A stretch of 64,000 bases of DNA from assembly GCA_963787125.1 (NCBI GenBank), contig CAWBBV010000016.1, positions 160,001 through 224,000 on the forward strand, written 5' to 3'. This stretch comes from an uncultured delta proteobacterium. Lineage in GTDB: Bacteria; Desulfobacterota; Desulfuromonadia; Geobacterales; DSM-12255. The translations under genes and the position numbers were made by a program. The notes under the pieces are model-generated. The model was given only the letters and a program-made list of their open reading frames with translations, ran no database searches and was not told the DNA's origin. Positions 1 to 8,216 of the stretch are shown here, one piece after another; the stretch's first letter is position 1, and the number at the start of each line of letters is the position of its first letter.

Positions 1-1
1 G

Positions 2-463
2 CGGCATCTGGTGAAAAACGCCGGCATAATGATGGATACAGCTGCAGAGCTTGATATACCGGTCGTGATTACCGAGCAGTATGTAAAGGGCCTTGGCGAG
101 ACTCTCACTGAGCTGAAAACCAGAGTGGCTGAACCTGCCCTGGAAAAGATGACCTTCAGCTGCTGCGGTGATTCCGCTTTTACAGAAAAACTTCAGGCAC
201 TCGGCAAGAAACAGGTCATTATCGTCGGCATGGAGTGCCATGTCTGCGTGCTGCAGACCGTCATCGAACTGCTTGACGCCGGCTTCTGCGTTCACCTCGT
301 CAGGGATGCGGTTATGAGCCGCAGGAAGGATAACTGGTACGTGGGACTGGAGACTGCCCGGGATGCCGGAGCTGTGATAACTTCAACAGAAGCGGCGCTG
401 TTTCAGCTGTTGAAAGTAGCGGGAACAGAAGAGTTCAAGAAGCTGTCGAAGCTGGTGCGGTAG
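2..463 (+). CDS. Isochorismatase-family hydrolase (5' end lies outside the window)
   Basis: Motifs TEQY..GLG.T, EKMTFSC, GMECHVCVLQT, DAVMSR; the frame is open to the window edge. Confidence 0.85.
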   Translation, partial: RHLVKNAGIMMDTAAELDIPVVITEQYVKGLGETLTELKTRVAEPALEKMTFSCCGDSAFTEKLQALGKKQVIIVGMECHVCVLQTVIELLDAGFCVHLVRDAVMSRRKDNWYVGLETARDAGAVITSTEAALFQLLKVAGTEEFKKLSKLVR

Positions 464-487
464 AAGCGAAGACCACCAAAGAAGAGA

Positions 488-529
488 AGCCGCTTTAATC
501 AACAATTACCCTGATTAAAGCGGTTTTTT
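488..529. terminator. Intrinsic terminator hairpin
   Basis: AAGCCGCTTTAATCA...TGATTAAAGCGGTTT followed by a T-run, downstream of the hydrolase. Confidence 0.7.
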
Positions 530-770
530 CGTTAAAATTGCGTAAGCCCTTTGTTTGAGCGGAGAATGTCTTCCAAACTTACCTTGATACTCTCCGCACA
601 ACCGTTCCAGATTCCCGTCCGGCGAGGCATAGCCGATGACGATCTCATCGGCCAGTTTCAGCATCAGGTCGGAGATGAAAATAAATCTGTCCCGCATTAT
701 TTCGCAAAAGTAGTTCAGCTCGATGGTGATAGGATTGTCACCTTACCAGCAATAAAATCAATGAGACAAG
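515..770 (-). pseudogene. Decayed fragment of a DprA/SMF-like protein
   Basis: Translation ...GKVTILSP..*...LADEIVIGYASPDGNLERL resembles the C-terminus of DprA-like proteins; contains an internal stop. Confidence 0.3.
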
Positions 771-925
771 AGGAGTGACATCCAGTCTGTCATGCTGGGC
801 ATCTGGAGAATTCAAGAGATTCATAGAAGGGGATAGAGCTTGTCCGATGCGATTTCAAGGGTTATGGGATAAATTGGCAGATTTCTAGTGTGTGGGCACA
901 TAAATCGACCCTCTATTCCCCTCTT

Positions 926-3727
926 TTACCACCCTCGACTTAGCAGTTCCTTCATACTCACGCCGTTCAAGACTGAAGCACACGTTTCCCAGTCAGCATC
1001 TTCCACCTTGCTGTATTTCACGTCGAATGGATTCCTGGTGGCCGTGGTTCGGTCGATGAGCTGCCTTGCCGCTTGCTCGTCATTGAGTGCGACTTGCACC
1101 CACACGTCTTCAAGCGTGTCCGGGATCTGACCGAAAAGCTCATGGATTGATTCGAGTCGATCAGCCAGCACCTGATGGACGCGGTCTTCTACCGAGTCGC
1201 GATAGCGGAGATTGGCGATCCAGATTTCAGAGCGCGCCTGGCCGATGCGTTGGATGCGGCCTTTGCGTTGTTCAAGCCGGGTCGGGTTCCAGGGGAGGTC
1301 GATATTGATGAGTGTGCCGAGGCGTTGAAGATTCAAACCTTCTGATGCTGCGTCGGTGCCGAGCAATAGTTTGAGATCGCCGTTGCGTACACGTCCTTTG
1401 AGAACATTCCGGTCGCATCGCTGGAACCTGCCATAGCGCCAGAAACCGGAGCGGTTGCTTCCTGCATAAAGGCCGATGTCAATACTCGCAAATTCCGTTC
1501 GTTTTGCCAGTTCATCTCCGACCCAGCGCACGGTGTCGTAATATTGCGAAAATAGAATGCAGCCCAGGTCGAGCCAGCGGCATGTGACACCCGAATGCGT
1601 GCCGATAAGATAACCGATCAGAGCTTCGAGCTTTGGATCGTTGTTTCCTCCCTGCCGGAGCAGATCTAGGCAGCGGCGCAGTGATACCTTTTCCGCATCG
1701 GTGTAATTCTTGAAGTCGCTTACTCCCTGTGATGGTCGTCCAATTTGCGCTGGCGATTCCTCTTCCGCATCATCGTCGTCCTCATCATCCGGAATATCGG
1801 GCTCTTGCTCTTCACCTAGCAGCTTGCTCACGGTGCGTCGCCCGGCTTCCATCGAACTTCCGAGTCGTCGCAGGAGGAGCGTTTTAAAGAAGCCAGCACC
1901 TTGCACTCTTTGCTGGAGCAGCCGGGAAAATTCCTCCGCCTCCTGATACGCTTCCAGTAGATATCCGCTGAGGATAAGGGCAGCCTCGTTTTCCTCTCCG
2001 AACAACTTCACGGTAACCTTCGGCAAAAAATAGCCGCCCGTTGCAGGGTTGATAGTTGCCTCCAGGTAGCCGCGCGTCCGGCGGACAATACAGCGCAACA
2101 AAGGATTGAAGCGTTCGCCGTAATAGGGAAGCAGTCCGTTTTTCAGTTGTACCCGCTGGATCGCAGTCGGTAATTGAGCAAGACTTTCGGGTTTGAATTG
2201 CCAGCGATTGTCCTCCGCATTGAGCTTATTGCGAATTTGTTTGAACGCCGGATCTTCAAACCGGGATGGCAGCGGGTCATGGACGTATTGCCAGCCTTCA
2301 CGGACATCCTCGGTCGGCACTACCGCATCTCCGGTAGCAATTGCGAGGCAATGGCTGGCTCTAAACCACGGACTGGTCTGCGTCCAGCCGCCGAGTACTC
2401 CTTCGTTCCCGTGAGAGAGGATATGCAGAAGATCCCAAGCCTCAACCGGGTGAAGCTGCACCGGGGTAGCCGTAGCAAGCAGCATGCTTTTGGTCTTCGG
2501 TCCAATCTCACGCAGAAAGGCCATCAACTTGTTTGGTACCGCCCGCTCATCAATTTCATCGGCTCCGGCATCCACCTTCGGCACTTTGCGGCGCCGGGCG
2601 CGGTGCGATTCATCCACAATGACGCAAGTGTAGCGGCGGTTCAGCAATTGATTCACTGCCTCAGAGAGACCGCGCACCACCAATCCCTGCGATACCAGGC
2701 CGATCCTGCGTGGACATTTACCGAGTGATTTTGGCCCCTCCGACGGATATTCCAGATCGTTCTCATCCACCCATGCGCGACCATTCCAGCGGGCGGATGG
2801 CAACTGGAGAAGTTCCATCAATTCATCCTGCCACTGCTGGAGAAGTGGCTTGGGGGCGAGGACGAGAATCGGGCCCCCGTCAGGATCATCAAGAGCCATG
2901 AGCATTGCGGCCATGGCAAGCTGGACGGTTTTCCCCAAGCCAACCTGGTCAGCAAGGACAAGTCGCGCGCCGCCAAGCCGGTGGCGTTCCAGTGCCAGCC
3001 TGGCAAAGTACTTCTGGTGCGGCCAGAGCCCTTGCTCGCAGCGATATACAGGAGTTTCGACCGCAGCAGCAGCGGCGGCAGTCGTAGGATCGGCGATAGA
3101 CTTCAGCTCATCCGGTTCAATAACTCTGCGGGAAATGATGCGCTGCACGTCTTGGACAATGAACGGGCAGCAAGCCAGATCCATTGCTCGCGGATCATTC
3201 CAGAGGGCGTCAAACTCCTCCTGTACCCAGGCAATGGTTTCGGGATCGTTGTCTTCCCACAGCAACTCGTAATTCACCTTCCAGGCCGAGGCACTTTCGT
3301 TGACGCTGCCGAGGAAGGCAATAGCGGAGCCGTCCGCACGACGCACAACTCCGGCCTTGCCATGGATCAGGCCGAACGCGGAATCGGGCAACACCCGCAC
3401 TTCCATCTTTTTACTGGTGAGGGCTTCAAAGAGAGCACGATAACGCGGGATTGCACTGGGAGGGGCTTCTTCCGGTCTGCCGGAACACCAGCTGCGGCGC
3501 AGTGCCGCTTGAGCGGCGGCAGCGGTGACTAGGTCCTGGGGATCAAGGTCCGAGTTGCAGATAATGCGCACCGGGCCGGTTACTTTCGCGATAGCTTCCC
3601 CGGCAACCTCGAACAGGCTGGAGCGGAAATAACCGGCAATGCGGTCGTAGGAAACAGCACCATCAAGGCGCTGGTTCAGCACCGCTTGGTCAAGTCTGTT
3701 TCTCCGGCTGGAATGTCGTGTTAACAT
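926..3727 (-). CDS. PLD-like nuclease + SNF2 helicase, restriction-like (RL) anti-phage system
   Basis: N-terminal GYFRSS and HGK (HxK) motifs; Walker A DQVGLGKT, DESH box, QRKGRIQRIGQ; operon context. Confidence 0.9.
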   Translation of the reverse strand: MLTRHSSRRNRLDQAVLNQRLDGAVSYDRIAGYFRSSLFEVAGEAIAKVTGPVRIICNSDLDPQDLVTAAAAQAALRRSWCSGRPEEAPPSAIPRYRALFEALTSKKMEVRVLPDSAFGLIHGKAGVVRRADGSAIAFLGSVNESASAWKVNYELLWEDNDPETIAWVQEEFDALWNDPRAMDLACCPFIVQDVQRIISRRVIEPDELKSIADPTTAAAAAAVETPVYRCEQGLWPHQKYFARLALERHRLGGARLVLADQVGLGKTVQLAMAAMLMALDDPDGGPILVLAPKPLLQQWQDELMELLQLPSARWNGRAWVDENDLEYPSEGPKSLGKCPRRIGLVSQGLVVRGLSEAVNQLLNRRYTCVIVDESHRARRRKVPKVDAGADEIDERAVPNKLMAFLREIGPKTKSMLLATATPVQLHPVEAWDLLHILSHGNEGVLGGWTQTSPWFRASHCLAIATGDAVVPTEDVREGWQYVHDPLPSRFEDPAFKQIRNKLNAEDNRWQFKPESLAQLPTAIQRVQLKNGLLPYYGERFNPLLRCIVRRTRGYLEATINPATGGYFLPKVTVKLFGEENEAALILSGYLLEAYQEAEEFSRLLQQRVQGAGFFKTLLLRRLGSSMEAGRRTVSKLLGEEQEPDIPDDEDDDDAEEESPAQIGRPSQGVSDFKNYTDAEKVSLRRCLDLLRQGGNNDPKLEALIGYLIGTHSGVTCRWLDLGCILFSQYYDTVRWVGDELAKRTEFASIDIGLYAGSNRSGFWRYGRFQRCDRNVLKGRVRNGDLKLLLGTDAASEGLNLQRLGTLINIDLPWNPTRLEQRKGRIQRIGQARSEIWIANLRYRDSVEDRVHQVLADRLESIHELFGQIPDTLEDVWVQVALNDEQAARQLIDRTTATRNPFDVKYSKVEDADWETCASVLNGVSMKELLSRGW

Positions 3728-3740
3728 GCAGGGATGAAAG

Positions 3741-3759
3741 ATGAATTATAAGGGATGAA
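3741..3759. repeat. Inverted-repeat arm (GGATGAA-type heptamer-derived) on one side of the nested TA pair
   Basis: ATGAATTATAAGGGATGAA is the reverse complement of 4508-4526 at 18/19 positions. Confidence 0.85.
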
Positions 3760-3799
3760 AGTGGTAGGCATGATAGTTCCTAAATTCTTCTCTCTGATC

Positions 3800-4132
3800 T
3801 CAATCCCTTGACAAGCGCTCCAACAGCAAATCCTCGAGATTTCTTCGACTGTCAACAACCGAGATAACATACACCGTATTTCCGTCAATACGATATATGA
3901 TGCGCCATGGTGACAGTATCAGTTCACGGTACTGAATAATGCCATGCTGGTGGAGTTCAGGCACAACTCTCCCTTTGTCGGGCAAATTATTAAGAGTTGC
4001 AGCGCGCTCACGAATCCTGGCAAAAACAGCCAGCGCCGCATCAACACTATCATCGGCGATAAAGTCAACAATGCACTCCAGATCAGCCTCTGCTGTTTTC
4101 GTCCAGACTACCATGAACAGATGCGTTGCCAT
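3800..4132 (-). CDS. RelE/ParE-family toxin
   Basis: WTKTAEADL...P.KGRVVPEL...YRELI..PWRIIYRI...V.SRR; overlaps the antitoxin stop (TAATG). Confidence 0.9.
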   Translation of the reverse strand: MATHLFMVVWTKTAEADLECIVDFIADDSVDAALAVFARIRERAATLNNLPDKGRVVPELHQHGIIQYRELILSPWRIIYRIDGNTVYVISVVDSRRNLEDLLLERLSRD

Positions 4133-4422
4133 TATGCTGTCTGCTTTCTTCGCTCAGTCAATCTCGCTTCAATACGAGTAAAGACCTCTTCCTGCCCGCT
4201 CAACCTGCCTGCACGAATATCATTCTCCCCCTGCACCATCAGTTTAAGCATTTCGATGGTATTCCTCATGCTTTCGTAGCTGGCAGTATCCTGTAGAACA
4301 GCGCGAGCCAAGCCATTCTGGGTGATAATGACCGGCCTGCGGGTTTCGTTGACCTGTTGCAGCAGATGAGCGGCATTCCCTTTCAGATACGTTACTGGTT
4401 GGATATCTTCTGTTAAGTTCAT
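4132..4422 (-). CDS. Phd/YefM-family antitoxin
   Basis: EDIQPVTYLK...PVIITQNG..RAVLQD; GGAGG Shine-Dalgarno before ATG at 4422. Confidence 0.9.
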   Translation of the reverse strand: MNLTEDIQPVTYLKGNAAHLLQQVNETRRPVIITQNGLARAVLQDTASYESMRNTIEMLKLMVQGENDIRAGRLSGQEEVFTRIEARLTERRKQTA

Positions 4423-4433
4423 GGCAAACCTCC

Positions 4434-4450
4434 GGTACGAATAACGTACC
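4434..4450. promoter_or_regulatory. Probable TA operator palindrome
   Basis: GGTACG-AATAA-CGTACC just upstream of the antitoxin. Confidence 0.55.
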
Positions 4451-4473
4451 TTATTTAGCCCTTTACTGCAAGA

Positions 4474-4530
4474 ATGAAGTATGAAGGTTTCTTTTCGTCC
4501 TTCATCCTTCATCCCTCATAATTCATACTT
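4474..4530. repeat. Heptamer-repeat arm / local hairpin on the other side of the nested TA pair
   Basis: ATGAAGTATGAAGG...CCTTCATCCTTCATCCCTCATAATTCAT. Confidence 0.8.
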
Positions 4531-4536
4531 GCCTCA

Positions 4537-7500
4537 CTAAGCGTGGTCGTTACGAAGTCGTCCGGCAAGGATGCGGGCGGCTTCGGAGTCAGTGATCCAT
4601 TCGTTCATACCCACGGCGTTCCCCAGCGCAGCGAGCCATTCGAGGAGAGAAATGAAGCGTTCGCGCTGGCCCCAGTACCCCTGACCAAAGGTGTCGCGCA
4701 GATACTGACGGCCCGGCTCCGGGCTGTTGTCAGAGACGCTGGTTTCCCGGACGGCAAAGAGCAGGTGGCGTAGCGGTGACGCTGCGAAGGGATGCGGGGC
4801 ACCGGCGGCGGCGCGTCCACGGCTGGCGGGGAGAACATCCGCAGTACCACCACTCAGCGGTGCAAGGCCGGCGGCGGCAAAGCCACTGGGAGCGTGCATA
4901 CGGGCACCGTTGGCTTTATCACTCTTCAGGAGTGGCCGGATGTCGGTTACACCGAAGCCACGGGCCAACTCTTCATACATGCCTTTGCGGTGCTCACCCC
5001 GGCTTTCGATGTCGAGGGCCCGGAGGTAGTAGCGCTCCACAAGCGAAAGTTCGCGCCATGAGTTGTCCAGACCACGGGGAACAAGCATATCGCAGGCTAT
5101 GCCGAGGGCACGCTCGATGACGGTCTGGAAATCACTCTTCTCATTTCTGACCCGCACGGCAAAGACCTCATGCTCCACGTCGCGTCCGTCGAGGGTGCCG
5201 TATTGGGTGAGAACTTTCAGAGCGGCGGCGTAGGCGGCGAGCTGGTAATCGGCATCGTTAAAGTTGGGTTCCCCACCCTCGTCGAGGGCTTGCATTGACT
5301 CGATTTGGCGTTTCACTTCGTCTTCCACCAATGGATAAACCTCGTCAAGGAAACCCGGTTCGTTAGAAGTTAGTTTCCGTAGAACGAGACAGACAGTGCC
5401 TTGAACGTAGTTACCCTTCTTGATGCCAGCTGCCTCAGTTTCGGTACTGATTGTCCAGGCAGCGGTGGCCTTGAGTCCGGCTGCCCAGAGGATCATGCCC
5501 AGGTCAGCCCATACCGCTGGATTCTGGTGGGTAAACATGACCATCTGCAATCCGTTGTCCGGCATGTGATTGGCGAGGTTGCGGTAAATCTCAACCATGG
5601 AACGGCGAAAATCTTCGCCATTACCCCGTACGGCGAGTTCAGCACGAGCATCTGGTGTCCATTCCGGGAAAGCCCTGGCCAGTTGTTTGTCATACCACGC
5701 AAGGAAGAAGTCAGCGAGTTCGTGGTAGTTCACCGCATCGGCATAGGGCGGATCAGTGATCCAAAGGTCACAGGTCTCCCGTAAATCGCGAGCGTCGCAA
5801 GGGTAGATACTCGAAATACTGTTGATGGGGCTGCCTGGATTAATCGAAATCCGAACTACATTTTTAAAACCATCAAATGGACGGTTTGCCCACGTGTAAA
5901 GGGTATTAAAGGCTTGATTGTAAAAAGTTTGGACCGACGCACCAATTCCGCCGCTACGAGCTAGTTGCGGAGTCCATCTGCAGAGTTTGGTACTCCAATC
6001 GGAAGACGCAGCAATGCCGACCAAGCATGCAACATAGTAGTTCTTAGATCTTCCCGTTTGGCGGAGTGCGAGTTCCAAAAACAATCCATGCATTAATAAT
6101 TGCCGTGGTGTGAAGAGATGGTGCCAGTGAGTCCAACCGCGCTCACGGAAAAGACGATCAGTTTCCGCGCCACTTTCTGGAATCGCTTTGGACGGGATGA
6201 ATCCTTCACGCTGCCAATCAGTAAATCGTTCGCGAAGCAGTTCAAGCACTTTGCGTTCTCGGTCGAGGTCAGCGGAATCAGGGGCAGAGTAGCGGCGCTT
6301 CAATTTTGTAACCGCTTGTCCCTGGTCGTTTATCTCGGTTACCATCTTTGCCCATCTGATGCAGTACAATCGTTCCTGAAACACATCGCCAGGGCGGGGC
6401 ATTACATCATCGTTGGTCCAACGGCGCAATCCTTCTGGGCCACGCAGAGCTTCAATTGACCACGAACGATTAGGATCAAAAGGATCGATGACCCTACTGT
6501 CCACTGCTGTGGCTCCTTTTTTGTTTTTGTAGAGTTCAAGATCACTTTCTGAAACTGCGATAACTTCTGGATGGAGTTGCTCGCAACCTGGAACCCGATG
6601 CCAAGTGGTCACAATGCGATACTTCTCGGAGATTACCCAACTTGGTGCCAGAGGAATGTAGTAGTCACACCCCTCTGGCTTCACCTCAACACAATAAAGA
6701 AATGCCTCGGCACGTTCGCCACGATCATTGTGCTCAATCTGCCACTCAGTTATCTGCATGTCTGTCGCTGTAATAACCAGCTCCTGCACACGCCTGACTT
6801 CATTCTGCGCCTCTTTGCCGCCGCCAAGCAGATTGAGGTCAGCCCACGTCAACAGCCCCGCGACAGGATTCAGATCCGAACCAAACGCCTGGCAACCAAT
6901 ACGCGCTGCCTCGAAGGGGATGGAACCCCCACCGCAGAAACAGTCACCCACACGGGGAGTATGGCCGTAGGAGCGTTGGCCGAGTTGATCAATAAGCTCT
7001 GTCAGACTGCTGGCATTGGTACCGAGATGTGAGTTGATTTCCCCCCATGCTGACTCTGTTGGTCCGCTGACATTCTCAGGGCGGTCACAGTGGGTGATAC
7101 GTTCTGCATACGGCAATTCATCAAAGTCTGTCCGGAGGGGAACTGGCCGGCGACGTTGGTCGTCTAGGGCTTTACGATCTGCATCGTCAAGCGATTCCCA
7201 AATCTGCGTGCAAATTTCTTCCTTTTCTTCGTCGCTGAGCCCCTTTTTGAATCCACGGGCACCAAAATACTCATCCCGGATTTCAACCGAAGCGGCCTCG
7301 CGCCATGCAGCCGCCGGGATTTCGCCCTTGCAGCGCTGCCATGCTCCATCATCATCCATGGTGAGGATTTTGAGAAATATCTCCCGATCCTTTTTTGGAT
7401 TGTCTGAGGCTGGCATCAACATACCGAGAATGGAAGCGCGAACGAGAATGAGCGGCTTCCGGCCCCACCATTTACCAAGACCGGTGAGCGTCTGGCTAGC

Positions 7501-7575
7501 ACCAGCCTTACGTTCCTTGTAAGACTCAGCAGAGAGGCGGGCTATGGGAAACTGGGTTTCGATAAAAGTGAGCAT
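4537..7575 (-). CDS. DUF1156-containing adenine DNA methyltransferase, RL system
   Basis: KWWGRKPL, DCFCGGGSIP (SAM binding) and TDPPY (N6-adenine catalytic motif). Confidence 0.9.
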   Translation of the reverse strand: MLTFIETQFPIARLSAESYKERKAGASQTLTGLGKWWGRKPLILVRASILGMLMPASDNPKKDREIFLKILTMDDDGAWQRCKGEIPAAAWREAASVEIRDEYFGARGFKKGLSDEEKEEICTQIWESLDDADRKALDDQRRRPVPLRTDFDELPYAERITHCDRPENVSGPTESAWGEINSHLGTNASSLTELIDQLGQRSYGHTPRVGDCFCGGGSIPFEAARIGCQAFGSDLNPVAGLLTWADLNLLGGGKEAQNEVRRVQELVITATDMQITEWQIEHNDRGERAEAFLYCVEVKPEGCDYYIPLAPSWVISEKYRIVTTWHRVPGCEQLHPEVIAVSESDLELYKNKKGATAVDSRVIDPFDPNRSWSIEALRGPEGLRRWTNDDVMPRPGDVFQERLYCIRWAKMVTEINDQGQAVTKLKRRYSAPDSADLDRERKVLELLRERFTDWQREGFIPSKAIPESGAETDRLFRERGWTHWHHLFTPRQLLMHGLFLELALRQTGRSKNYYVACLVGIAASSDWSTKLCRWTPQLARSGGIGASVQTFYNQAFNTLYTWANRPFDGFKNVVRISINPGSPINSISSIYPCDARDLRETCDLWITDPPYADAVNYHELADFFLAWYDKQLARAFPEWTPDARAELAVRGNGEDFRRSMVEIYRNLANHMPDNGLQMVMFTHQNPAVWADLGMILWAAGLKATAAWTISTETEAAGIKKGNYVQGTVCLVLRKLTSNEPGFLDEVYPLVEDEVKRQIESMQALDEGGEPNFNDADYQLAAYAAALKVLTQYGTLDGRDVEHEVFAVRVRNEKSDFQTVIERALGIACDMLVPRGLDNSWRELSLVERYYLRALDIESRGEHRKGMYEELARGFGVTDIRPLLKSDKANGARMHAPSGFAAAGLAPLSGGTADVLPASRGRAAAGAPHPFAASPLRHLLFAVRETSVSDNSPEPGRQYLRDTFGQGYWGQRERFISLLEWLAALGNAVGMNEWITDSEAARILAGRLRNDHA

Positions 7576-7586
7576 TTATATCCTTC

Positions 7587-8213
7587 TTACAGAGAAAGCG
7601 TTAGTTGAGAATGACCAAGCAGTTCGCGCCGGGCCTTGGGCGATAACCCTTCACCTTTGATAAAGGGATTGTCAGCAAGGGCCGCCCGAAGCGCCTTGCG
7701 CCAGCCGATACCTTTCTGCAAGGCCTGGCCTGTTGTGGCCACCGTCATGGTGTAGAGCCACCAGCGCTCTTCGGGGGCCAACGCTTCCCAGTTACGCAGT
7801 GCATTCGGGATGTCATCGGGTGGGGCATCCTCAACTGCCCAGCAGAGGATGCAGAGTTCCTTGCCGAGCGAGGGATGAACCGGCACCGGCTTTGCGGGAT
7901 TCTTTTGAAACTTGGCGGCGGGCAGACCGTTAGCGCGGAGACGGCGATTGGCCTCTTCCCAGAACGCCGGAGCCAGGGCGAGCCAACGGGTACGGTTGAT
8001 AACAACACGCAACGACGGATCACCCGGCGATGGACGATCAACCGCGCGGGCACCCAGACGATCGAGATCATTCCCCCGGTGCTCGGTGATCGTGATGTTG
8101 TCACTGCCACCGTTCCCCTTCGGGACGTCGATGAGAAAACCGTGACGGGCTTCCTCCGGCAGAAAGCCAAGACCGACTATCTTGCGCGTTGAAGATGGAG
8201 TCGTGCGTCCCAT
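7587..8213 (-). CDS. DUF3780-family protein, RL system
   Basis: LGKELCIL.WAVED, W..L.PEERWWLY.M, GWRKALR.AL; lies between DUF499 and DUF1156 genes. Confidence 0.85.
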   Translation of the reverse strand: MGRTTPSSTRKIVGLGFLPEEARHGFLIDVPKGNGGSDNITITEHRGNDLDRLGARAVDRPSPGDPSLRVVINRTRWLALAPAFWEEANRRLRANGLPAAKFQKNPAKPVPVHPSLGKELCILCWAVEDAPPDDIPNALRNWEALAPEERWWLYTMTVATTGQALQKGIGWRKALRAALADNPFIKGEGLSPKARRELLGHSQLTLSL

Positions 8214-8216
8214 GGT

